Assembly: GCA_009103225.1 (NCBI GenBank)
Contig: RHPI01003488.1
Location: 435,803 to 499,802 of the forward strand
Direction of reading: 5' to 3'
Length of the DNA stretch: 64,000 nucleotides
From: Chlorokybus atmophyticus
Taxonomy: Eukaryota; Plantae; Mesostigma and Chlorokybus algae
This document shows, piece by piece, positions 23,392-35,988 of the stretch (its first letter is position 1; each line of letters begins with the position of its first letter). Made by a program: the position numbers and the translations under genes. The notes under the pieces were generated by a model, which ran no database searches, had not been told where the DNA came from, and worked only from the letters and a program-made list of their open reading frames with translations.

Positions 23392-25307
23392 ATGGAGTCT
23401 GTGCCGCAGACGCCAGGCGGAGCAAGCGACTGGGCGGACGACGAGACGGACGCCGGAGGCCTTGACCGCGCTGCCCTTACAGTGGCCTGGGAACAGGTAG
23501 GCGCTTTCGTCGCCGAGGAATTCAGCCAGGCCATTGTCCGCGTCTTCAAGCGCCTCGGCGTCCACCTGCCTGCGCCCGTCCTGCCCGTCCCTCTGCCCAA
23601 GGCTTCAGACGAAACAGGTCAACAGCAAACCAGCAATACCTTGTTACCCACTCTTGCACCCTGCTTGGCATGAGCATGGCAACCTGGTTGTTCCTGGTGG
23701 GGTTTACTGGTTGATGTAACAGAAAGCCTGCTGGCATAAACTTGTGATTTTGGCTGTACTTACAACCAAAGCCACATCATTCTAGGTATTGAATTTGTGA
23801 GTTTAAGCCCCTCTTCTAGAAGCAGCATGCCTACACACTGCCCTTCACGACGTTGCCTCCTTTCTCACGGCTTGTCAGGCAGTAGCACTTACCGACAATG
23901 AGTTTCATTGTCACCTTGATGACTACTCATTTTGTGTGTCAGTACTTCTTGCTGCCCTTTGCTTATGCAAGGTGTGCATGACCTTCAGTATTGAATTGCA
24001 CAAAAGGGGCAGCATGCATGCCAACTTTGATGTAACTGTATATGCAAAGTAGCAGGGCTTGCAGACTGGCAGACTGGCAGTCTGTATGGCTGTTCCGTTG
24101 TGCATGCTGGCGGTCACTTCGTTGCGTGTGGTGTAACTAACTGCTCAGCAGCAGCGTGCCAATGTTGCTATGTATGTGTATGTGCTTCGTTGACACCTGC
24201 AGGGTTTGCGCGTGTTTTCTTGCTGTTGGGGTGAGTGGGTCGCTCACTCAGCGTTGATTCACAGAGGATGAAGAAAAGAAAGTCAAAAGGGGCAGAGGCC
24301 GGCAACCCACGCGCCAGAAGAGGCCGAAGAAGCTTGATGCCGATGGCAATGTCATTGTCAGGCCGCCTTCCCTCTACAACAAGTTTGTGGCAAAGCACGT
24401 CCAGCAAGTGCGTGAGGCCGCCCCCAGTCTCCCCATGCCGGACGTCATGAAGGCCATCAGCAAGCTCTGGAAGGGCCACAAGTTGGACGGAGATGATCTG
24501 CTGATGCCCGCCAGTGAGGTCCTTGCTGCAGTTGAGGTGAGCAACTCATGTGTCACGTTGCTCACCCATTGCCTTTGCTGGCTTTCACACTGGGTTGCAA
24601 ATTGCTTGCTAGTCCATTGCGTATTGCACCAGCTGCAAGCGAGTGAAGTTATTGCGTGTTGTACACAGGAGCTGGTGGAGTCGCGGGCGAGAGACATCGC
24701 TGAGGGCAGAGTCCAACTGCCCAAGCCAAAGGCTCCCAAGGGCACGCGGAAGCGCAAGGGCGGTCAAGACGGAGAGGCGTCTGTTCCTGCCACGCCCGGG
24801 CCTCCCGAGGCTGATGAAGAGATAGAGGAGGAGGACACTGAGCCCGAATCACCTGCACCCGTGAAGAATAAGGCCAATGCTGCTGCTGCTGCTGCGGCGG
24901 TGGTGGCGGCTAAGGGCCAAACCAGCAAGCAAGGTGCTCGGAGAAAGCCTATTCCCAATAAAGTGCAACAACAGGAGTCCTCGGACGAGTCTGAGGAGGA
25001 GGAGGAGACGCCGAGACCGCCATTGCGGCCTCAGCCAGCATCCGTGCCAGAGCTGGACTCTGATGGCGCTGAACAGGGTGTAGAGGTAGCGGTTGCCGCG
25101 GCTGTCGCGGCTGCGGAAAGAGAGAGGTTGAGGAGGAAGAACAGGAACAAAAAGAAGAAGCAGAAGCAAAGGCAGGGTAAGCAGGTGGTTGGCAGGTCAA
25201 CTCCCGGAGATGGTGATGAAGATGAGGACGAAGACGCGGAAGAGTCGCCGATACTCAAGCCAAGGAAGCAAAACAAGAAGCAGCGCCATGTTCTGCACTC
25301 TGACTGA
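23392..25307 (+). CDS. HMG-box-like (YABBY-C-terminal-like) nuclear protein; exons 23392-23617, 24265-24536, 24669-25307
   Basis: GT-AG introns join in frame. It has an AT-hook-like KRGRGRQP, then RPPSLYNKFVAKHVQQVREAAPSLPMPDVMKAISKLWK (HMG-box-like helices), acidic tracts and basic NLS-like runs. Confidence 0.75.
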
Positions 25308-26539
25308 TGGCCTGCGCAACTGAGGCATGTACCTCCTGAAGTCGCACAATGAAACACGTGCTGGTGCGACCAACATAATCCTGTAATCTACCTTTTGTGC
25401 CTGATACTGGCCCGTGCGTGCTTGTGTATAGAGTGAGGCCCATTGTAGTAGGTGGGCTTATACAGCTGATGTACAGAGTGAGCTGGCTGTGCATGTTCGG
25501 AGTGATGGCTGTACTTTGTAGTTGTAAGGACATATATGTTCTGGACGGCAGACAGAGCCTTTTCACCTCCCTTTGGCTTTATTCAACAGGTTTTGTATCT
25601 ATCGCTTGAAGCCTTGTGCAAACAGGGTCAGTCACATCACTGTTTCACTGCTGCATGCAGAAGCGTGCCTTTGTATCCACAGGATGATGGGTTTTGACAA
25701 GTAGTCTGCTAGGGTGCATCACCTATCCAGGGCGATGGCACCTGGGAAGGTGATGCTCCCCAGCTGACTTCTGCATTGTCCATTTGGTACAAGATCCGCT
25801 GAGACCGACAGACCCTATGAACTGGTGGGCTATCGCCGACAGCCCACCAGTTCATAGTGTTGCAAAATAACGTGACAGCTTGATGCTTTGCGTGGAGTTA
25901 CAACTTCGACCATACAGCAACCTATGCATGCGAAGGCTGTGCACGCATTTCTCAGCCAATGACCATGGCTAGCTGCATACGTTAAGGTGGCTGGCGGAGT
26001 AGCCCAATGAAGGCCAGCATTGCACTGCACCCATGGCCACAGACACAGCAGTCCTCCATTCGCTCCCCTCTCAGCGTGCTGCATACAGTTTCCTATGCGC
26101 CTGTCCCCAAAACAAAGCCATGGCAGCCTCCGAGCCACTGAAATTGCATTGTGCACTTGGTTTGAATGCTCTTGAAGTGACAGGTAGCCCTTGTTGACTG
26201 CCCGATGCTGCCAACCCTTATTCCTCAAGCCAGATTTTAGGAGACTCCCAGCTTTAATACTTGACCACTTGCAACTGGCTGTCCAACTGCAACGGTCCAG
26301 TCAGCCACAGGCACCAGCCCAACTAGCACACTTCCCGCAGTACCACTAACTGAACCAGGTGTATGGGCAGTAACAGCACTGTCCAATAAATTCACAACAA
26401 CTACAAAACCGTCTAATCTACAGAAAAAACTCGACTACTCAAGGGGTGGGGCAGAAACTGGACAACTGTGTTAAGAAGACAGGTGGGCTTTTATGTACAC
26501 ATGCGCGCTGCCCGCTCACGCATTGTGTGGGAGCAATCG

Positions 26540-27533
26540 TCATCGGTCGCGTGCGTTGGGCGTGCTGACGTTGGAGTGGAATACGAAGCTTGGGTAGTCT
26601 GACGTGAGGTTGTGCAGCATGGGTATGGTCATGTTGGCGATGATGGCCGGGTTCTTGCGCACGAGGTCTCTCCACTCCTCGCGCGTGAAGTGGTCTCTGT
26701 GCGCCTCGGGCAGGTTCTGGAATGTCTCATCGATGAGATCAGCGAGGGCCTCAGGCGGGATGTCGAGGTCGGGGTTCTCGCGCAAGAAGGCGAGGAGGAG
26801 CGTCTCCACCTCCTCGCGCTCGATGACGCCATTGGACTTGATGTCGTATATGCGGAAGGCGAAGTCGGCCTTGGCGGTCCACTCCGCGCGCGGGTGGAAG
26901 ACGGATAGAGCGCGCACGAACTCACCGAATTCGATCACGTCGTTGCGCTTGGCGTCGAAGATGTCGAACACGCGGTCCGCAAACACGCTGCGCTTGCCCG
27001 CGCTGTTGAACAGAGCCAAAGCGAACTCGTCGCGGTGGATCAGACCGTCCTGATGAACGCTGTTGCTGACGCTGTTGAAAAGCTCGCGCAGAGCCTCCAC
27101 CTCGTTCACAGTGACTGCCAACACACCAACTCACTCATACAGTTTGACAAGTGCACATGCACGCATGCACGCCAACAGCAACGATGAATAGCAGCAAGCT
27201 AGTAAGCCAACCTCGCCCTGTGATCACAAATGCTTGTAGTGTGGGTAGCGCATGGAACCCAAATGCACTGACTGCAAACATGCATGTAATGACTGGAAGA
27301 GCTTGTAGCTACATTTTGAACCAGGATATCTCATGCACGTAACGCTCAGCAGCCTTGAAATTGCAACCGATGAAAGATGATGGTGATAAGAACATGCTGC
27401 ACTGCAAGGGTGTGAAGTTGACAAGGCACGGCAGAAGCTTACAGACTGTCGCTTTTGCCAGAGTGTTGACGTCGTCGTCGTCGTCGTAATCGCCACCCGC
27501 GGGGGCCCTCCGCCTCGACGCGCACGCGCCCAT
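26540..27533 (-). CDS. CBL: Calcineurin B-like calcium sensor; exons 27533-27443 and 27114-26540
   Basis: The spliced N-terminus MGACAS...KATVFTVNEVEALRELF leads into EF-hand loops (DGLIHRDE, DAKRNDVIEFGE, DIKSNGVIEREE) and a C-terminal YPSF motif (FPSF type). The spliced length is 666 nt. Confidence 0.93.
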
Positions 27534-28282
27534 CCGACGACGACGCAGGAGGTGACGGCAAACCTCCCACCGGACCACCCTCAAACCACAGTGGTACGGT
27601 ATGCAGTCAACGGGTACAGCCAGATTTGCACTGCGTCCGCCTCCATCATCGCATGTGCCTCTCACGATCAACCTTCCACCCTCTAATCCTCCTCCTCCTC
27701 CTCCTCCTCCTTCTCGTCCTCCGCCTCCGCCTGTCCCACGCGTCGTCGATCCACGCAGCCGTGCAACGCGCGCCTGCCTGTGACGACCATCCTGCCTTGG
27801 GGAGGCACCAACCGGGCCAGCTGGCGGATATCGAGCGCCTCTAGCATTGGAGACTGAGTGGTTGGTGTTTACGAGTCACGCGTCACGTCTGCACTCGAGC
27901 GTGACGGTCGGTCACGTGACCTGCTTTTAGGCTGCTTGGGGCTTGTCGTTCTTGTCCTCCTGCTCCGCGTCCTCTTCCCTCAGGGTGTGGGCGACGGTGG
28001 CACCCAGCGATCCGCCCCCAGCGGTGGCGGTAGTGGTCGAACCCTCTATCAGGGGGCGATACTCCAGCCTCCAAAGATGTGGATGACACTGTGTGCCACA
28101 CAGCGGTTCCAGTGCGGAGGATGAAGGCGCTTTGATCGCACAGACAGCCGGAGTGACTTGATTCAGTGGTTGGGTGTGAGAGTGGAGAGAAAGCGCCAGC
28201 ATAGTTTGTGTGTAAGGAGTGGCTGGGGCAAAGGCCTGGCGGGGCTTGAGGGCACAGAGCAAACAACCACAGTCCGGGCAAG

Positions 28283-29407
28283 ATGGGTAGCAAGGGAGGC
28301 GGCGGTGAGGGGGGCGTGCTGGACGAGCTGGAAGAGAAGTGCAACAACATCTACCAAGAACTCACGTGAGTCATCCCTACCTGCCTATCTTGACTGTCAC
28401 ATGGCGATGATGCGTACGAGTCTAGGAAACATGTTGACACTGTGCTGATATGGTTGCATCCTTGCAATCCTTGCGCACTCCTGTTGTATGGGCTTGTGGG
28501 CGAGCATAACAGTTATTATGGTAATGATGACAGTTGCTATTCTAGCAGCGTAGCAGCAGTGTCAAGTAACACCACGAGTATCAGTGTGTCCGCACACGCA
28601 TAGCAACACACCCAAGCATGTTGTCACGAGACAGTGAAAGAATATCATACCACATCCCGCAGGACGACATTTGAGCGCATTGCCAAGGCGAAGGATCAGA
28701 ACAAAGCGTCGGCATTGCTGAAGGGCGCGACGTCTAAGATGCACGAGGCGAAGCGTCTCATCAAGGAGTTTGAGGCTGAGGCGCGCGCTCAGGGTCTTGC
28801 GGCATCTGTGCTTAACCAACGCAAGAACGCTCTTGTTCGCGAGCTCAACGCCTTTGTTGCCAAGAAGAAGGAGTTTGCCGACCGCGAGAAGCTCGTCATG
28901 ATGCCCAACGGTAGCAATGGGGCCGATGGTGCATCCCCGTCATCATCTAATGCTAATGCGAACGCGGCCAAGACCATGAGCATGGAGGAGCTGATGCTGC
29001 ACGGCAACAAGAAGATGGACGAGAGCGACGCCGCGCTGGAGCGGTCCAAAGCCGTCGTGGAGAACACCATGAAGGTGGGCGCGGCCACGGCCGAGACGCT
29101 CCAGGCTCAATCCAAGCAGATGGAGAGGGTATCCGACGACCTCGACGCCATACAGTTCTCGCTGAAGAAGTCCGCGGGGCTCATACGCGACATGACTAGA
29201 CAGCTAGCCACCGACAGATGCATCGCACTCATGCTAGTCCTCGTCGTGTGCGCCGTCGTCGCGCTCATCGTCGTCAAGATCGTCAACCCGAAGAACAAGA
29301 ACATAGCCAATCTACCGGGGATACGCTACGACCCATCACCGCCGCCGCCAGGAGGGCGCAGGCTACTGCTACAACTCATGGCCCCAGACGCCGATGATAT
29401 GTGGTGA
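28283..29407 (+). CDS. NPSN: Novel plant SNARE (NPSN, Qb); exons 28283-28365 and 28663-29407
   Basis: N-terminal helical bundle, SNARE motif with Q layer (TAETLQAQSKQMERV), ATDRC plus a TM helix, and a luminal IANLPG...PPPPGGRRLL tail typical of NPSNs. The spliced length is 828 nt. Confidence 0.9.
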
Positions 29408-29479
29408 TGTGTGTGGTGACTGATATAGACTTGCAACACAAAGTCTGGGCAAGGGGAATACAGCTGCAATGTATTGGGC

Positions 29480-29513
<34 letters not shown>

Positions 29514-30099
29514 GCTCTTGCTGTTGCTTGGTCATAGTCACGATAATGCCATGCGCACCATGTTTCCAATGAGCACCTCGGACCGACTGCGTTGCCGTGA
29601 TGCACTGCTGTGTCATATGGGCAACCAGCACGTAGTGTCTTGACTGTGTGCAGTTCGTCTATGGCTAGCAGCTGCCGCAGGTGCCTTGTGCTGTTCTGCT
29701 GAACTGCGCATGACAAGAATGCTCATGTCAGCAGTGTTGTCGCGTGTATTGACAGGTAGCTTGTCATGTGGGGCCGACACCCGTAGGCGATGGTCGAGGG
29801 CATATGCATGCAAGCCACAATATTGCGCATGCACACTCGCGCAGATTAATTGCCTTGCTCTCAGTCATCATATGTTTGACAGCAGCGTGCATTACGTAAT
29901 ATACATGTCTCGCGCGTTCCATGGTCATCCCTTGGCCAACATATCAACTGTTCCAGCATGTCAGCAGGCACAGGTCAGTATCTGAGTCCCTTAGGTAGCA
30001 GCTTCACTGCATCATGGCTTATACTAGCTAGGTTGATGGATTGACTGCTGGCATTGTCCACATTTGATGGCTTGACTGGCTCTCTTAGTGTGCCATCAT

Positions 30100-32770
30100 G
30101 TTATGAGTGTTGCTCCGATGCTCAAATGCGCAGGCCACCCCGTTTGCATCTGCACCAACAACGTGTTTGACACAAGTCTAAGCAGAGCGTATGCGCTCCC
30201 CGCCGCCGCTTTCAACCTCACACTCCAGCACCTTCGCAGCATTGGAGTCAAGCGAAACGATTGCACTTGTCTAGATGAGGCCGATATGCAGGCGTTACGA
30301 ACTTGCAGCACATCGCACTTCTTGCAAGTAGTATTGCAGCAGTGCGACAGCAGAAAACAATTAAGCACCATTGTCAAGATGCATCCCCCACTCTCAAGCG
30401 CCCCGGGTCTGCATGAGGGAGGTGGGTGGGTGTGGGTGTGCATGCATTCACGTGCGCGCTGGTTGTGTGGTTGTGTGGGCGCGTGTGTATGCGCGAGCAC
30501 CTGCCCGCGCGCACAAGCACATGCGCACAGGCACGCTTGTGTGCGTGTGTGTGCCCTCGTAGTATGCGCACACAAGTAAAGGGCCGTTATGAAAGGAGCG
30601 CTTGCGTGTGTCTGTGTGAGCAAGTAAGGGATGTTCTGAAGACAAGTACTTGTTTTTACGATGTGGAAGAGGTCAAGGGCCTTCCATTTGTCGCGGAAAA
30701 GGAGGTGAGATGCGCGTGTGCATTCAGCTCCAGCCAGGCCACGCAACAGCCATGAGACACACGCCGTCCTTACATTCGCCCCCGTCTGCTGCACATCACC
30801 ATGATATCACAGTGTCGTTGTCGCAAACCCACATACTCACACTCACCAAGTCCACAACGCGGATGGTCTGCACATTGATCAAGTATGCAATGCGCTGGCT
30901 TAAATCAAGCCTCGTTCCACCAACACCGCGATACTCCTCAAACCTCACACTGAGCCAAGAACTTGTCACACATTCGCACATGCACGCACGCACGCATGCA
31001 CGCCACATGCACATGCGTGCGCACACGCACGCACAAGGATAGTTATCATCATCAACATCATCATCACATGCCCTCACCTCAACAGGAAGGGTGACTCATG
31101 TTCCGTTCAGCATCCCTCCACAATCTCATTTCTCCCATACTGATGACCGCGAGCTCCCATGCGTTGTGCACCATGATGGCACCGGGCGTGTCGAAGAAGA
31201 AGCGCTCACGCCCGCCACTGTTGTTAGGCCAAGGCACCTGACTCGCACATGTGATGAGCCTCATGCATGAATGTGTGTACTTGTTGGTACACACGCACAT
31301 GCACACGCACACGCACACGCGCACGCGCACGCGCACGCACACGCACACACCTTGCCAAGCGTGCAGGTTTCAGTGTCCCCGTCGAGGAGTGTCTCGAGTG
31401 TTGGCCACAACGAACTGGTCCTTGTACACGCTTATTTTAGTGATCTCGTAGCCGAAGTGGGAGAAGCATGCGTGCCCATTATGAGCTTCTTCACTAGCAC
31501 GCGTGGTTGTGTGCGTGTGCGTGTGCGTGTGCGTGTGCGTGCACCTGCGTGCGTGCTCATATGTATTATAGTAAAACCACCGTAAGCACCGGCAATGCAT
31601 CAGCGTACCTGCGAGTGCGTGATGTATGTAAATTCAAGCTGCCCCTTGTATCTCTGCCTCTTCACGCATGCCTCATACATATCCACGCTCCCACATAGCG
31701 AACCAACTCCCAACCGACTGCACGCACCAGACCCCAATGACTCTCTCTACACAAACATCCCCAAACCACACACGCGCACGTCCGCGCAGTGGCCAGCCAA
31801 ACAACCTAGTATCCACGCATATGCATGCATGTGTATACACACACAAGCACGCGTGTGTGTGTGCGCACACACACGCACACGTACATATGGGTGTCTATGT
31901 GTATGCGCACGCACGCATACACACACGCGCGCGCACAGTGGCCACGCAAACCACCTGTTAACGCGCATGCTCGCTCTCCCGACACAACAACAGCACACAC
32001 TCCCTCCCTCTCACCTCCCGTCCGGTTTCCACCCAATACAATTTCTCCTCCCACCGCTTGCGCCCCGGCTGCCACGCGAACAGGAGCGCGCCGCGCCAGG
32101 AACCGACCGCGACCACAAGGCCGGCGGAAGTGACCGAATGGAGTCGTGGATGGAGTCGGAGGTAGTGGTGTAGTCCAAGTGTTGGAAGACGGTGCCGTCA
32201 CGATCGTAGAAGACGACCTGAGGAAATTTGTTGTTGTTGTTGTTGTTGTTGTTGTTGCTGTTGCGTGCGAGATGGTGCGTGCCACGTGTGCGCATGACGT
32301 GCTTGCATGCGCGGATGCACGCGCCGAGCTTGATGTGCTTGTGTGCTCGCGCACGTGGGTGTGCGTGTGTGCATGTGCACACTGGTCTGTTTGGTGTGCC
32401 TGCGCCCAGCAAGCACGCCATGTGTGCGTACCAAGCTCACCTTGCAGTCGTTGCCGGCGGCCACTATGTGTTCTCCCCATGCCAGTGCGTACAGCACACA
32501 CAATGCGCAAAGAGGGTGAGTTGATAGTAAGCACAGCACGTAGGCGCTGCCAGGCATGACTACAGCACACGTATCTCGCTCACAAATACAGTCAAATCCT
32601 TAGTGCCTCAACATGGCATTGACATCGTCGGAGTGACATTGTTGGAGTGTGGATACGACTTGATTGCACTATACCATGGTGGGTGAACTTGGTCACCGCA
32701 GGGCCGGCCGCCCCGTCCTCGTAGAAAAAGCCGTGTGCATGCAACATCCACACCATCAGCGGCAATACGC
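30100..32770 (-). pseudogene. IFT172: Internal fragment of intraflagellar transport protein IFT172, frameshifted, introns retained
   Basis: Colinear spliced segments FFYEDG..., LYALAWGEHIVAAGNDCK, VVFYDRDGTVFQHLDY, VVAVGSW...WQPGRKRWEE, SHFGYEI...ANTRDT, GGRERFFFD...HNAWEL, YGRNEI..*TEH.SPFLL, IAYLINVQTIRVVDL and LLFRDK match IFT172 from roughly residue 190 to 600. At least three frameshifts and one stop are present. Confidence 0.85.
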
Positions 32771-33224
32771 ACACACAAACATCAACACAAGCACCAACAG
32801 AAACGCACGCTCGCACGCAAACTGACGCATACTTCAAATACCCGTTACCGGTGTATTGATTCATTGATCCATTGACCCATATTGACCCATTGACAACATA
32901 CCTGTGATGCATGAGGGTCTACGCCTTGCATATGTAGCTGTAACATTCCTGCTGAGCACCACACCACAACATAAACACCACAAAGCTTCATGGGTAATCT
33001 ACAGATTCCTGCCGCGGTGGCCTTATGATACACTCAAGTCAAGCAGGCCTGCTACAGCCAGCCTTGCAGCTGCCACTCAACACAAACCCAACCTGTTGCT
33101 ACCGTCAAAAGCACACACCGAGAGCGGCAACAACTTCCTTGCTGTACAAGATGACGTTCCATTACAGCAGCAAGCACATTGCATTGCTGGTGCTATGGGC
33201 CCCAAGACGTAGGTCTCAACTCTG

Positions 33225-34620
33225 TCACGGACGTGGTGGTGGCTGTGAATCACAGCCTGTGAGACATGCGCACCACTGTCTTGGCTCCAGTTGGGTGGTT
33301 AGTATGAAGCCTGACATGACGCCAGCTGTTGCAGAGGCGGCAGTGATCACACGGACGGTGGAGCCGCTGCCGACCACGCACACGTATGGCCACAAGGCTG
33401 CCAGCGCCAGTGTACGGCTGTCCTGTAGCACAACCGATTGTTGCGCGCGATACCTGGCGATGATGTCACCGCCGTGTGCATGCTTAGTGGTCTCTCAAAC
33501 ACGCACAGCCATGTGTGTTGGGAGCTCGCATAGATGATCAACCTTGGGTGCATGCGCATGACAGGCTGACCTGTTGATGGGGGATTGAGCTGCGGCACGG
33601 CGGCGCACACGTCGATGCTCGTTTGCCTTTCACAAGACGGCCCTGGTCTCTGGGCGCCGGACTTGATGCCCACAAACACCACTCCCTCATGCAGTACCAG
33701 ATCAAACACCCTGAACGCAACCATGACACGCGTTACGCGTCAGCCAGCACCACATACACACTACAGTCATGGTATACAAGCTACGCACTCGAGGCTAGAG
33801 ATGAAATTGCGTGCAACGAATGCAGGTGGCAAGTGAATGGCGTGCACATGCCGCTGAGTTGCCCTGTCCCACACATGCACCGTCTCGTCATCTATGCAGC
33901 CGTAAAGCGCGTGAGCCTCAATGGCTAGAAACTCGTAGAACTGCTCAGCGTTAGCGTGCAATACACGCTTGCTTGCAAGCACGTCCCAAACTGCGAGGGT
34001 GGCCTCGAAAGTGGGGGGTTCAAAAGGCCATTCAGACTGCCTGTCTAGTCTCTCTCTCTCTGTGGTGAGCGTTGTGCAGCACGAATGCTGACGGCAAACT
34101 CCGCAGTGTCGTTGTACAAACAAAAACAGAGTCTGTAGGCCTCGCTCTCCGGCTCTGGTTTCATTTGCCATCACTCCACGCAGCTGCCCGTCCCACACTC
34201 GCACCAAGAACGGCCATAAGCACACATCGACACGGCTGCCTGTGCTTATGGGAGGGAAGGGACAGTGTACCGTCCAAACCATGATTGCGCTGTGGCTGTC
34301 ATGTTGGGTCATGATGTAGGTGTCATTCATCGCAACTCCATCAATCTTTAAAAGCTTTTTATTTGGCTGGGGCGGGCGAGACGCTGGCTGGACGGTATGT
34401 GCCAGAGGTGCATCGCAACGGTGCTATCGCCGGCGACCACGCGGTCTATATGCCCGCTCGTGAGCACGTTGCCGCAACCACCTCCCCCCGACAATACTTG
34501 AAGCTCTTGCAACCGGGCCACTCTCTACTTCCCACACATTGAGGTGCACGCCAAGATGAATGCATGTCGGATGCTCTTGTAGAAGCACCAGTTGCTCCTC
34601 GTGCAAATACGCCCCCACTA
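33225..34620 (-). pseudogene. WD40-like beta-propeller relic
   Basis: Repeated WD-type ends (LNVWEVESG, ATLAVWDVL, LYGCIDDETVHVWDRAT, VFDLVLHEGVVFVG, GSGSTVRV) are spread over several frames with stops. Confidence 0.45.
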
Positions 34621-35075
34621 CCCGATAACTCTCCTCATCTAAAGCGTAGATGAAAACATGTCACACGAAGAGTAAGCACACAAGCAGTATGCCTGCATGC
34701 AGTGCACCTTGCTCGTAAGATGACCATTCTGCAGTCGTAAAGCGACCTTGCCGCCAGCTGCAGCGGGCACATGCCGTCCTGTCGTGCGCATGTGCCCACA
34801 TCTCGATGACGTAGTAGTGGTCGATCTTTCTTTGCCTACCATCCACGTTGGCATGCACCTGCCTGCGCAGAGTTGTTGGATTGCTGCTCTTGCTGGTGGT
34901 CTGTGCCTGCCTCTCCACCGCTGCTTCCTTCTTTGCGGCTTGTTTTTTTGTTCCCCTTTCTAGGCCGCTCCATTGCAATGCGTCGGTCTTACGAGCCTTG
35001 CACGCTGCTTCAATGCGGTCCTGCTGCACACATGCTACGACACCAAAGCAGCTGAGACACATGCATGCAATGCTG

Positions 35076-35339
35076 TTGTAAGGCGTGTTGGGGGGCGTGC
35101 CCAAAGAGACAAGCATCTCCTACAGCAGCAGCAGGGAAGCTTCCGGGACATTGCAGCGCCAACGACAGCTGGCCGTACGTTCAGCAAGGAGAGCGGTGCA
35201 AAGTACGCCCTGAGAAGCATCAAACCTTTTAGAGTGCTTGTCCAGGAAGCTCGCCTGCTGCTGCTGCTGTAGGTGATGCTTGCCTCTTTGGGCACGCCGC
35301 CCAGCGCGCCCTACAATGGACAAGCACTCCAAGAGGTTT
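35076..35339. repeat. Fold-back: 69-bp segment and its inverted copy, the copy enclosed by 23-bp inverted repeats
   Basis: 35076-35144 is the reverse complement of 35245-35316. 35222-35244 (AAACCTTTTAGAGTGCTTGTCCA) is the reverse complement of 35317-35339 with 2 mismatches. Confidence 0.85.
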
Positions 35340-35340
35340 A

Positions 35341-35988
<648 letters not shown>

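Noticed and set aside
25682-25803. C/D-box snoRNA-like ATGATGG...CTGA
   Set aside because: Box C is imperfect and I found no guide complementarity to the rRNAs in this window.
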